Assembly: GCA_964629655.1 (NCBI GenBank)
Contig: CAZVQU010000001.1
Location: 356,056 to 420,055 of the forward strand
DNA from: an uncultured Planctomycetia bacterium
GTDB taxonomy: Bacteria > Omnitrophota > Gorgyraeia > Duberdicusellales > 4484-171
Direction: 5' to 3'
Length of the DNA stretch: 64,000 nucleotides
In this document: one piece after another, positions 19,376 through 28,924 of the stretch
Position numbering within the stretch: position 1 is the first letter of the stretch
Layout of the letters: each line of letters opens with the position of its first letter
Translations under genes and position numbers: made by a program
The notes under the pieces: model-generated
What the model was told of the DNA's origin: nothing
The model's database searches: none
What the model saw: only the letters and a program-made list of their open reading frames with translations

Positions 19376-20251
19376 TTATTTACTTCTCAGAGCCTGCTTA
19401 GAAAAATCATTTATTACTTCCTGGATACCTTCTTCCAAAGCTACTTTAGAGACCCAGTTTAATTCCTTTCCGGCGCGCTGAACATCAGCACATACTGATT
19501 GCTGAGGGTCAACCTGACTCTCAAGTACTTTATATAAAATCGGGCTCTTCAACACCTGGTTGAGAATCTCAATAACATTTCTTACCGTATAAACTCGTCC
19601 TGAACCCACATTAAAAATACTAAATGATGATTTATCTTCTACAACACGCAGTAAGGCATCCACCACATCAGTGACATGGATAAAATCCCTAGCCGAATTT
19701 GGATGTTGTATTTCCGCAGTACGTTCTTCAAGGCCGCATCGAATAAGATAAGGAATGAGAAACTCTGATTTCTGTCTTGAACCATATACATTAAATAACC
19801 TTAATACTGTACACTTTACGCCATAATGATCAGCATAAGAATGACAAAGCATCTCTCCTGCCAATTTACTATAAGTATAAGGATTTTGAGCAGCCAGAAG
19901 GCTATCTTCAGAAAGTGAAGATCCCACCAAAGGCTGATAAACACCACAGGTTGAAGTAAAAATCATATGAGCTTTATTTCGGCGGCAAGCTTCCAACGCC
20001 TGCAATACCCCATCAATATTCACCGAAAAAGCATCAGCAGGAGAATCTTTGAAAATCCTACCTCTGACTGCAGCTAAGTGATAAAGCAAATCAAAATCCT
20101 GCTTCCAAGTATCACGACAGCGTACATCTGCTTCTATAGACAAAACCGATAAGCCCAATGATCTAAGAACATCCAAAAGGTGGCTGCCTATAAACCCTTT
20201 AGCTCCAGTTACTGCTATTTTAAGATTGGATAATTTAGTAAAAGTATTCAT
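19376..20251 (-). CDS. NAD-dependent sugar epimerase/reductase (extended SDR)
   Basis: VTGAKGFIGSHL Rossmann motif and YxxxK. 291 aa. Confidence 0.65.
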   Translation of the reverse strand: MNTFTKLSNLKIAVTGAKGFIGSHLLDVLRSLGLSVLSIEADVRCRDTWKQDFDLLYHLAAVRGRIFKDSPADAFSVNIDGVLQALEACRRNKAHMIFTSTCGVYQPLVGSSLSEDSLLAAQNPYTYSKLAGEMLCHSYADHYGVKCTVLRLFNVYGSRQKSEFLIPYLIRCGLEERTAEIQHPNSARDFIHVTDVVDALLRVVEDKSSFSIFNVGSGRVYTVRNVIEILNQVLKSPILYKVLESQVDPQQSVCADVQRAGKELNWVSKVALEEGIQEVINDFSKQALRSK

Positions 20252-20276
20252 TTTTTTAAAAGTAATCTAAAAAATT

Positions 20277-21272
20277 TTAGCTACCAAGCGTGCTCAAACG
20301 AACTAAAGGAGAATTGGTATCGCCATATTGCGCTAAGAAATTTCTATACCACTCAATAGTCCGCTTTAAGCCATCTGTAAAATCTATTTTGGGTTCCCAT
20401 CCAAGCAAGGATCTAGCCCGCTTATTGTCCGCAAACATCTGCCATATTTCTGTAGGCCTATATTTTAATTCTCCTATGCGCAATTCAGATTTAGAATTCG
20501 TCTCCTTATGTATGAACATAATTAAATCCCGAATAGAAATATCTTCCCCTGAACCAATATTAATTATCTGGCCTAAAGCCTTCTCGCATTGAGCGGCCAA
20601 AATGAAAGCATCAACAAGATTCTCCACATAATTAAATTCTCGTGTCTGTTTGCCTTCAGTGGACAATACCGGCTTTTGGCTTAAACAAGTCAACACCATC
20701 TCGGCAATTACTGCCTTAGGACTCTGATAAGGCCCAAAAGCATTAAACGGACGAAGTATGACTATGGGTTTACCTAAATTTTCCATTTTCATCCGACAAT
20801 ACAACTCTCCGGCATATTTACCTACTGAATAAGGTGAAACTGGTTTTGGACACATATCTTCTGAAAAAGGAACTTTAGCCTGATATCCATAAACTTCTGA
20901 AGAAGAAATATATATAAACTTTTCATAATCATCATAGGCCTCGATTAGATTTGCTGTGCCTTTAACATTACAATCAAGCGCTTCTGATACATGGATAAAG
21001 CTATCGCCAACGTGGTTGTAGGCTGCAAAATGATAAACTATATCCGGTTTAAATAAAGAAACCTGTTTTAAGGAATCTAAATTACGAATATCAGCTTCAA
21101 TTACCTCTATTTTGCTCCATACATCAACTAAACGAATGTTGTCTATAATGCTATTGTATTTGGTAATAATTCCTACTTGAGCGCCTTCAGCCACAAGCCG
21201 CCGTGTCAGATGTGACGCAATAAATCCTGAACCGCCGGTAACTAAAATTCGTTTATCTTTTATTTTATTCAT
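20277..21272 (-). CDS. NAD-dependent sugar nucleotide dehydratase/epimerase (CDP-sugar 4,6-dehydratase-like)
   Basis: VTGGSGFIASHL motif and extended-SDR layout. 331 aa. Immediately downstream of a G1P cytidylyltransferase-like gene. Confidence 0.6.
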   Translation of the reverse strand: MNKIKDKRILVTGGSGFIASHLTRRLVAEGAQVGIITKYNSIIDNIRLVDVWSKIEVIEADIRNLDSLKQVSLFKPDIVYHFAAYNHVGDSFIHVSEALDCNVKGTANLIEAYDDYEKFIYISSSEVYGYQAKVPFSEDMCPKPVSPYSVGKYAGELYCRMKMENLGKPIVILRPFNAFGPYQSPKAVIAEMVLTCLSQKPVLSTEGKQTREFNYVENLVDAFILAAQCEKALGQIINIGSGEDISIRDLIMFIHKETNSKSELRIGELKYRPTEIWQMFADNKRARSLLGWEPKIDFTDGLKRTIEWYRNFLAQYGDTNSPLVRLSTLGS

Positions 21273-21278
21273 ATTTCT

Positions 21279-22022
21279 TTATCCTCCCTCTGAAAAAGTA
21301 TAAAATTGTCCCAGATTTTCCTCAGCAAGCCGCCTTTCAGATTCAGTATTAAATGTGATCTGAGGCCCCTTATGCTCAAAAACAGCTAACTGCTTGCTGT
21401 CAACTAAAGACAAGAAGAAATTCACCAAACCCTGGCCGTCAGGTTCTTTGAGCATCTGCTTTGAAACTTTGCCTAATGCCGAGTGTTCCATCAAAAAAGA
21501 GCCTATATAGTAGGTTAATATAGGTTTCTCAAGAAATGATGTAACTCGCCCCCCTAAATCAGATGTTATCAATCCAAAAGGATTACGTATCTTTGCTGCA
21601 GTAATAGTAACTTGGGTATTAAGCTTTGAGTGAAAATTTATCATACCCTCTATATCCAAATCAATAAGTGTATCTCCATAAGAAACAAAAAATTTATCAT
21701 CTAGCTGTTCACGTAATGCCCAAATCCTTTCTAACATGCTTACCTTTTCTCCAAGATCAGAAAAACTGATTTCGACTTCAGGAAAAAAATCCTGATAGCG
21801 CTCTTTAATCATCTCTGCCTTATAACCTAGGCAAAGAATAATTTTAGAAAAACCTTTAGAACGGTAAAAATCAAGAATATGCTCTAAAATGGGCTTGCCG
21901 CCAAGCTCTACTAAAACCTTAGGTATCTCATCTGTAGCCGGCCTAAGTCGAATCCCTCTGCCGCCACACAAAATAACTACTTGTTTAATATCTTGGCTGA
22001 ACTTTTTTTCTGATTCCTGCAT
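21279..22022 (-). CDS. Sugar-1-phosphate nucleotidyltransferase (glucose-1-phosphate cytidylyltransferase RfbF-like)
   Basis: VVILCGGRGIRLRPATDEIPKVLVELGGKPIL nucleotidyltransferase N-terminus. 247 aa. Confidence 0.65.
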   Translation of the reverse strand: MQESEKKFSQDIKQVVILCGGRGIRLRPATDEIPKVLVELGGKPILEHILDFYRSKGFSKIILCLGYKAEMIKERYQDFFPEVEISFSDLGEKVSMLERIWALREQLDDKFFVSYGDTLIDLDIEGMINFHSKLNTQVTITAAKIRNPFGLITSDLGGRVTSFLEKPILTYYIGSFLMEHSALGKVSKQMLKEPDGQGLVNFFLSLVDSKQLAVFEHKGPQITFNTESERRLAEENLGQFYTFSEGG

Positions 22023-22041
22023 AAATTAATACTTCTATAGA

Positions 22042-23028
22042 TTATTCTTTACTGAATGAATCCTCTCTAATTATATAAAGCGGCCGACGTTTTACTTCAT
22101 CGTATACCCTGCCAAGATACTCACCTAATAATCCAATGCCAATTAGCTGTATTCCACCGAAAAAGAGCATAACAAAAACAAGAGTAACCCATCCTGGAGG
22201 AATCTGTCCATTACCTCCGGCTACAATAATGTATAGCTTTTGCAGTAAAAGATAAACTCCGTACAGGAATGAACCGCTGGATATCAATAAACCGACTACG
22301 GTAAAAATACGCAAAGGGATAATCGAAAAAGAAAATATACCATCAATGGCTAACTCTATTAAATGAATAAGCCGGAATTTTGACTTTCCTGCATGTCTTA
22401 AAGCAAGTTCATACTCAATGCCTGTCTGACGAAAACCAATCCAACTGGTCAATCCACGTAAGAATTTATTCCGTTCAGGCAAACTACAAAGTACATTTAC
22501 TACTTTTCGATCTAAGAGACGGAAATCAGACTGACCGTGTAACTCTATGCCTGATAGCCGCCTCATAATAGAATAGAAAAAGCGGTTAACTATTCTCCGT
22601 AAAACAAATTGTGATTTACGATCATGCTTATTAGTATAAACCACGTCATACCCTTTCTCCCATAACTTCACCATATCAGGAATCAACTCCGGCGGATGCT
22701 GAAGATCTGCATCCATAGAAATAACAACATCCCCTCTTGCATGTTCAAGCCCGGCAAGTAAAGCTCCTTGATGGCCGAAATTTCGGGTAAGGCTCAAATA
22801 ATGAACTCTGCCATCTTTGCGACGAAGCTCCCTAAGAATTTTTATAGAACTATCACTACTACCATTCTCTACAACAACCAACTCAAAATTCTTGCCTATT
22901 GTTTTCATGGCGACACATATCTTCTCATAGAGACAAAAAAGATTCTTTTCCTCGTTATAAGCCGGTGTAACTATTGATATAAGCTCTAAGGTACGCTGTA
23001 ATTGTGGTTGTGAAATGCTATTGTTCAT
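22042..23028 (-). CDS. Polyprenyl-phosphate sugar synthase (GtrB/ArnC/DPM1-like GT2)
   Basis: ISIVTPAYNEE...DADLQHPPELIP GT2 DxD context. Two C-terminal TM helices. 328 aa. Confidence 0.7.
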   Translation of the reverse strand: MNNSISQPQLQRTLELISIVTPAYNEEKNLFCLYEKICVAMKTIGKNFELVVVENGSSDSSIKILRELRRKDGRVHYLSLTRNFGHQGALLAGLEHARGDVVISMDADLQHPPELIPDMVKLWEKGYDVVYTNKHDRKSQFVLRRIVNRFFYSIMRRLSGIELHGQSDFRLLDRKVVNVLCSLPERNKFLRGLTSWIGFRQTGIEYELALRHAGKSKFRLIHLIELAIDGIFSFSIIPLRIFTVVGLLISSGSFLYGVYLLLQKLYIIVAGGNGQIPPGWVTLVFVMLFFGGIQLIGIGLLGEYLGRVYDEVKRRPLYIIREDSFSKE

Positions 23029-23597
23029 TTTGTGTTCCTCCCTACCTCTTCAGAAGAAGAAAAAACAGCCTTAAATTCATTAATCCATGGATGGAAAGCT
23101 TCTAAAAACTCACGAAACTTTCCTATTCTTATTTGTTTGTGGTAATCAGGAGTATTGGTGAATCTCTTAGCTTCTAAAACAATACCTCTGCTAATTTTCT
23201 TAACGACATCCGCACCAGAAATATTGGCTATTTTATTTTTTATTACTACTCCGCTAAATACAAGTGTAGTCCCTCCTAAAAAGCAAATAATTAAAAGCTT
23301 ATAAATAAACATTTTTAACTGATAAAATGTCTTCTTGCTCTGGCCCACTTTACGAGGAAGAACAATTTCATCTTCTGCTTCACAATCTAAAATTCTATTA
23401 AAAAAATCTTGTTTCCGCTTGTATAAATCCTTATAAGCCTGATTTAAATCTTCATCTGCAGCTACCAGAGAAATTTCTGGAATATATAAATAGAACTTAC
23501 CTTTTATTAGTTTTACTACAATATCATAAGGAAGCGAATTAAAGTGGTTTAGTTTACTTTGACGACTTTGCTCCTGAATACGATTTACCTTCATCAT
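23025..23597 (-). CDS. Hypothetical single-pass membrane protein
   Basis: 190 aa with a central hydrophobic helix (LLIICFLGGTTLVFSGVVI). Translationally coupled to neighbours. No recognisable family. Confidence 0.35.
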   Translation of the reverse strand: MMKVNRIQEQSRQSKLNHFNSLPYDIVVKLIKGKFYLYIPEISLVAADEDLNQAYKDLYKRKQDFFNRILDCEAEDEIVLPRKVGQSKKTFYQLKMFIYKLLIICFLGGTTLVFSGVVIKNKIANISGADVVKKISRGIVLEAKRFTNTPDYHKQIRIGKFREFLEAFHPWINEFKAVFSSSEEVGRNTK

Positions 23598-23613
23598 AAT
23601 AAAAAACCTCCTC

Positions 23614-25152
23614 TTACTTTTTGCTATTCAAAATTAATAGAGTGCTCTTTCTACCAGAATAAATTGAAAATCGTTTTATTATATAACAAACCCCACCTGC
23701 AATTAAAAAATAAATAAGTATAGTAAACAATAACGCTGTATCTGCTATCAAATAAAGCTCAGGCATGGCTAAGATAGACGGTAAAAGAGAAAATGCTAAG
23801 CATAAAATAAGCAGATAAAAATATTGAAACCACCTTTTGAGTAAGACTTCGCCTGTTAATAAACTGCCTGCAACTATTATTACGAGCAGTATCGGCCTAA
23901 ATAAATAACGAATTGCGCCAAAAAGGGGATTGAAATAATTTTTAATGAAAAGCGGAAATTTATATAAATAACTTTCTATAACGAATCGAGGATCTTTTTT
24001 AAAAATCTTGAAAAACTCTTTCTTAAGAACAGACTCCATCAATTCGGTGTCATAAGACACTTCTGTCCCATATTGCGCGACTAAATGTTTCTTCACTGCA
24101 TCATGAGCAATATGATCATCAAACTCAATTCCATACTTACTCATACTATCAGGATGGGCGGCTAACCCCAAATATACCGTATACCAAAAATAATGCTTTT
24201 CAGTCGCCGAAGTATAGGGATATTGCAAGTGTATTGCAAGGTACGCTTTTACAAGAAAGAAACCTATAAAAACTATTGCTAAAGGCCAAAAAATAACTCG
24301 CTTGAACACATACTTTCCAATTTTACGGTTATTGGCCCAAAACCAAAAAACAGACAAACTAAGTAGAAAACTTAAAAATATAATTTGATAAACTGCACTT
24401 GAGCGAATATGGATAATAAAAATTAAGATTGCTGCCTGCATTAATGTACAGGCAAATACTCTTTTCGTAAATCGATGCTGACCCAAAATTATTAATCCAA
24501 GGTATATCGCAGGCAAAATTGCAAGAACAGGCAAAAAACGAGCATTATGAACAGTTTGAAGTTCTATGCCAACTATCGGCGCAACCGCTACAATTACGAA
24601 ATGGCCGCACACAAATAGTAACAAAATCTGTAGTAAATCAAACCGCTTGTAAAATGTTATAAAAAAACTAAGGATTGACAACGCCAGCAATAAAAAATAA
24701 AGATGAAAAAAACTCTCTACTTTGTATCCAAATATCTTAAAAGCTGTCTTATAGTAATCAACTAAACCCTTATCCTCTCTGAACAAGTAATAGCGGCCGT
24801 CAGAAGAAACTTCTTCAACATTAGCAGCTTTTCTAATAGCCCTGTTTAATATACCCGCGTCGGCTAAAAGTTCCTCCTTATCTACTTTGTTGTACTTACT
24901 TATAATCTTCTGCACATTGGTAATTCCGTTGCTGGACAAAGTATTTGTAACCTTCCTGTATCCAGAATATTCACCCAAACCATATCGTAAACCAGAAATA
25001 GCGATCCCCAAAGAATTGACATGGCGATTAACGGCTTCGGGCATAACTTGATGCATTCCTCTCTGCACAGAATATACAAATGTATAAACAAAAATTCCCA
25101 GAATTAGGAGGATGAAAATTATAATTTTGTGATTTTTCTTGGCTATTTGCAT
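23614..25152 (-). CDS. Polytopic integral membrane protein (candidate GT-C-type glycosyltransferase or polymerase)
   Basis: 512 aa with at least 10 predicted TM helices and a large loop. Located after the GtrB-like gene. Confidence 0.4.
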   Translation of the reverse strand: MQIAKKNHKIIIFILLILGIFVYTFVYSVQRGMHQVMPEAVNRHVNSLGIAISGLRYGLGEYSGYRKVTNTLSSNGITNVQKIISKYNKVDKEELLADAGILNRAIRKAANVEEVSSDGRYYLFREDKGLVDYYKTAFKIFGYKVESFFHLYFLLLALSILSFFITFYKRFDLLQILLLFVCGHFVIVAVAPIVGIELQTVHNARFLPVLAILPAIYLGLIILGQHRFTKRVFACTLMQAAILIFIIHIRSSAVYQIIFLSFLLSLSVFWFWANNRKIGKYVFKRVIFWPLAIVFIGFFLVKAYLAIHLQYPYTSATEKHYFWYTVYLGLAAHPDSMSKYGIEFDDHIAHDAVKKHLVAQYGTEVSYDTELMESVLKKEFFKIFKKDPRFVIESYLYKFPLFIKNYFNPLFGAIRYLFRPILLVIIVAGSLLTGEVLLKRWFQYFYLLILCLAFSLLPSILAMPELYLIADTALLFTILIYFLIAGGVCYIIKRFSIYSGRKSTLLILNSKK

Positions 25153-25159
25153 ATATTTA

Positions 25160-26446
25160 CTACTCCTGTGCCAGCTTACTTTTCTTAGCTACTGGATAAT
25201 CACAACCACTCAGCAACTGCTGGTTTTGACGCAGGAACTTTGCACCAATACGCGGCAAAAAGATTTGATTCAGCTCACTTGACCTAAAAAATGACCGGGA
25301 ATGCCGTTGCAATTCTTCATCCTCTTCAGTTGCCTGCCATGTTCCTTCAAGCCGCTCATCCATTTCCGCAACCAGATCATTAATTTCTTCGGAAGTATTT
25401 TCAATCACTTCTATCCCCCGCTGTTGATATTGTTCGCCGTGAAGAAAACTTCCTACTCCACAACTAAGGGTTTCTCGAAAAGTTAGGAAACGTTTCTCCT
25501 CTTTTAACCATAACTTTTTAGGAATAACTAAACTATCAACAGCACAAATATCTTTTATCGTCTCGAGAGGAATAAAATTTACATAAACTACTGGTTTACG
25601 AAAAATCACTGCAACTGCATCAACCCCTGAACCGCAACCAATAAAAAATCGGCATTTGGCACTAAGGTATATATCAAGAAAATCACTTCTTGAATTTGTA
25701 GCATAATCAATAATCTTGGTATTGCTGGTATCTAATGCCTCTTTAATAATTTTACCCATTCTAATTGCGGAATACCCTCTACGCGTCAACTCTTCCACAG
25801 CAATAATATAGTTATAAATATTACAATCACGATAATCATGATAATGCCAATTACTATTAGGACGTAGATTATTTAGGTAGGCATCATCGCGCGCGTGGAA
25901 ACAAACAAAAGGATTACCTTTAGATATCCCTATCCTCTCTAGCTCTTTCCTTCCTAAGCGCTCCTCTTCTTCCGTAAAAGAAAGATGCGAAGGTAATCTT
26001 GTAAAAAGGCCGTGAGGATCTCTAACTGACGACAACGGGACCTCATGAACTCCGCCAGCCGGTAAAATACGGTTAACAATATCCATCCACTTAGCAAAAG
26101 AATAAACGCGTAGGGTTCTATCCCACATTTTTTTAAGCTGATAATTGGAAATAGTTGCATTGTAGTAAAAGATGTCAAAATTTCGCGGGCCATGTATTCC
26201 CGCGTCACGTTCATTAAGATATAACTCTACATCAACTGCGAAATGGCCTATCCTGTCACTAGGCAGAACACCAAATCGCACAATTACAAAAGGCCGTAAC
26301 ATGCGCACAAAAAAAACAACGGGAAAGGCTAAAAGAATCATTGGAATCGCGCGTAATTTCTTAAATAGAACACGTAAGCCTCCTCCACGAACCTGACTAA
26401 TTTGATTGATAATGTAGCTTGTAGTTTTCTTATTCATAACTACCAA
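25160..26446 (-). CDS. Hypothetical protein (possible GT-B-like glycosyltransferase); N-terminal TM
   Basis: 428 aa. N-terminal hydrophobic segment. C-terminal CRFFIGCGSG...VNFIP resembles donor-binding halves of GT-B enzymes. No firm family call. Confidence 0.3.
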   Translation of the reverse strand: MVVMNKKTTSYIINQISQVRGGGLRVLFKKLRAIPMILLAFPVVFFVRMLRPFVIVRFGVLPSDRIGHFAVDVELYLNERDAGIHGPRNFDIFYYNATISNYQLKKMWDRTLRVYSFAKWMDIVNRILPAGGVHEVPLSSVRDPHGLFTRLPSHLSFTEEEERLGRKELERIGISKGNPFVCFHARDDAYLNNLRPNSNWHYHDYRDCNIYNYIIAVEELTRRGYSAIRMGKIIKEALDTSNTKIIDYATNSRSDFLDIYLSAKCRFFIGCGSGVDAVAVIFRKPVVYVNFIPLETIKDICAVDSLVIPKKLWLKEEKRFLTFRETLSCGVGSFLHGEQYQQRGIEVIENTSEEINDLVAEMDERLEGTWQATEEDEELQRHSRSFFRSSELNQIFLPRIGAKFLRQNQQLLSGCDYPVAKKSKLAQE

Positions 26447-26555
26447 ATTGTATATCGATCTGAAGGGATATTTTCGCTTTTTAAGCCTGAACGTTTTTTA
26501 CGAGACGAGAATAAACGTCCGATGCTTCTAAAAATAAAAATAATAATTCTCCTTA

Positions 26556-27509
26556 TCATACTTTAACCTCTTGATCAAAGACCGCTACTTCTTGGGCAAT
26601 AGCCTCCGCTAAAGCTTTATTGCCGGAAGGAATAAGATGTTGCCAATCAATAAACTCGCTTGGGTCTAAGGAAACCTTCTCTGATAAATCACTCACCTCT
26701 GGACACCCTTTCGTGATATCTTTATATAGCATTTTTAGATAAGTGTGGCGATTATCAGTGGCTTGCTTCCAAGTATCCCAAAGCACTGGTTGCAAAAGAA
26801 ACTTTGTTTTTATATTCCAACCCTGGGCTAGCTTTCTAATTATCTCTTTTGTCATAATATAATACTGGGCTTGTTCACTAACAAATCTAAATGGATTTCC
26901 TGGTGTTTCGGGTCTTTTTTTCGATTCTTTCATTTTGGAAACAAATTTTTTTATCTTGCTGATAAAACTTTGTTGCTTTTTCCAGTCAAAAGTCATGTGA
27001 GGACGATGTTCTTTGATGAGTGTACTGAAATAGCCATACTGACAAGAAGTTTCTTGATAAGACTTATAGCCATTTAAAGATTGAAACCATCCTTGTTTTT
27101 CGTTAATACCATCAAGAAAAATTATCAAATCAGGAAGATAACCCCAACGAAGTAAATCAATCAGTAGGTACATTGAATATTTCAAGTCACAGCCACCCAA
27201 GCCAAAGTTAAACACTGCGGCGTTTCCAAGTAACTTCTCTAGATGGTGAGGATACGAATCAGCGTAGTCACAAAAAACACCCATCGTGGTTGAACCGCCA
27301 AAACAGAAAATTCGCTGTTGATCTCTAGATCTTTCGTATTTTTCTTTAAATGAACTAAAACCAGTGGGGATACGAATCCCCATTCCATCGCAAGGCATAA
27401 GCTCAGGGTGCGCCCAATAGATATAGATCCGATGTCTAGTAATTCCACAAGGGATATCCCATCGATCATCTACTTCAATATCTTTAGCCCAAGGTCTTTT
27501 GATAATCAT
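26556..27509 (-). CDS. Hypothetical protein, possibly SGNH/GDSL-like hydrolase or acyltransferase accessory
   Basis: FCFGGSTTMG (block I-like) and FLDGINE (block III-like) segments. AAGGAG SD upstream. 317 aa. Confidence 0.3.
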   Translation of the reverse strand: MIIKRPWAKDIEVDDRWDIPCGITRHRIYIYWAHPELMPCDGMGIRIPTGFSSFKEKYERSRDQQRIFCFGGSTTMGVFCDYADSYPHHLEKLLGNAAVFNFGLGGCDLKYSMYLLIDLLRWGYLPDLIIFLDGINEKQGWFQSLNGYKSYQETSCQYGYFSTLIKEHRPHMTFDWKKQQSFISKIKKFVSKMKESKKRPETPGNPFRFVSEQAQYYIMTKEIIRKLAQGWNIKTKFLLQPVLWDTWKQATDNRHTYLKMLYKDITKGCPEVSDLSEKVSLDPSEFIDWQHLIPSGNKALAEAIAQEVAVFDQEVKV

Positions 27510-27512
27510 TTC

Positions 27513-28337
27513 TCAATGCCCTCGTGAAAATTCACAAAATTTACTGCTACTTAATGAAGAGTTTTTAGGCTTTTTTTCCAAAAAATTTAATTCACAAAAC
27601 TTTATTGGCTTTATTAAATCTTTTTTAAAGTTGAATTCACGGGCAATATTTAATGCAAATTCGTAATATGTCATAGGGTTATTTTGAGTAAGATGAAATA
27701 CTCCTTGTGTATCTTTGAGCTTATAGATTCCTTTACATACAAAATTCACATCCGTAAAGTTACAGATCAAATCATCAATCATTCGCACTTCATGTTCGTG
27801 TTTCAAATTCTGATATATTTCTGTAAATATCCCTCCGTCCCCGATATCTCTACTGTATGTTTTGCTTAACCTGATAATTAGGCAATTTTTCGCGAAGTTT
27901 TTCGTTATGAATTTTTCAATTTCAAGCTTCATTTCTCCGTACTTATTCAGCGGATAAGATTTGTCTCCTTCTTCGTAATTCCCTTTTCTTCCGTCAAATA
28001 CTTGGCCGGAAGATAGAAAAATAGGCTTTATCTTTTTATCAATAAGATAAGTTATAAAGTCCTTTGTCTTTTCCACATTTATTCTCCTTGCCTCAGCTTC
28101 ATGCACGCGGCAATATTCCAATTTGCTCTTAGCAGAACATATTGCTACATATTTACAAGGCTCAAAGACATCAAAATGAGCATCCTCCAGATTGAAATAG
28201 ACAAAATCATCATGGCGATCAAGAGACCTACAGTAAGTCCCTCTTACTTTTTGTTTTTCTTCACTAAGGAATTTATAAAAATTCCTTCCGATTAGTCCTG
28301 TTGCCCCTGCTATTCCCCACATTTTGATTGAGTGCAA
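27513..28337 (-). CDS. RmlD-like NAD(P)H-dependent sugar nucleotide reductase/epimerase
   Basis: GIAGATGLIGRN Rossmann motif. 274 aa, the length of dTDP-4-dehydrorhamnose reductase-like enzymes. Confidence 0.5.
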   Translation of the reverse strand: MHSIKMWGIAGATGLIGRNFYKFLSEEKQKVRGTYCRSLDRHDDFVYFNLEDAHFDVFEPCKYVAICSAKSKLEYCRVHEAEARRINVEKTKDFITYLIDKKIKPIFLSSGQVFDGRKGNYEEGDKSYPLNKYGEMKLEIEKFITKNFAKNCLIIRLSKTYSRDIGDGGIFTEIYQNLKHEHEVRMIDDLICNFTDVNFVCKGIYKLKDTQGVFHLTQNNPMTYYEFALNIAREFNFKKDLIKPIKFCELNFLEKKPKNSSLSSSKFCEFSRGH

Positions 28338-28894
28338 GTTAATTTCTCTAATTTTAATAAATCCTTTTTTCTATCTTTTATCCGTCTTGCAGGGATACCT
28401 GCGTAAATACCCCAAGGCTCAAGGCTTTTTTTAACTAAAGATAACGCCCCCACGGAACAACCTTCAGCAATTATACAGTTAGGCATTACTATGCTTCCCG
28501 CTCCAATTATAGCGTATTTTTCTAAAATAACCTTCCCCCTGTCTCCACCTCTTAATTCAGGGGGAACCGCTACTCCGGTGAATTTATCTCCAGAAAAATC
28601 ACTGCTTGAAGAGTAAACTTTAGCTCCACAAGCTAAAGTTGAAAAATCTTTCAAAACTATTCCGAATTTAGAGCCGAGGAAGCAATGATTGTGTATACAA
28701 ATATAATTACCTAACTCAAGCTTCCCTGTGGCGATGATAACAACAAAATCATCAATGCGGACATTATTACCAATACTGATATTCTCCACGCCATATATGC
28801 TAGCACGAGTATGAATTTGAACATTCTTGCCAAGTTTTTGAAATCCAGCATCTTTTAAGTCACCTTCATTAAGATACCTTCCTCCTAACTGCAT
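28310..28894 (-). CDS. Hexapeptide-repeat (left-handed beta-helix) acyl/acetyltransferase
   Basis: Repeated [LIV]G..x..I hexapeptides (IGNNVRIDDFVVI...). 194 aa. Confidence 0.65.
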   Translation of the reverse strand: MQLGGRYLNEGDLKDAGFQKLGKNVQIHTRASIYGVENISIGNNVRIDDFVVIIATGKLELGNYICIHNHCFLGSKFGIVLKDFSTLACGAKVYSSSSDFSGDKFTGVAVPPELRGGDRGKVILEKYAIIGAGSIVMPNCIIAEGCSVGALSLVKKSLEPWGIYAGIPARRIKDRKKDLLKLEKLTCTQSKCGE

Positions 28895-28924
28895 TATTAC
28901 CTCCTGTTTTATAGTTTAAAATTA

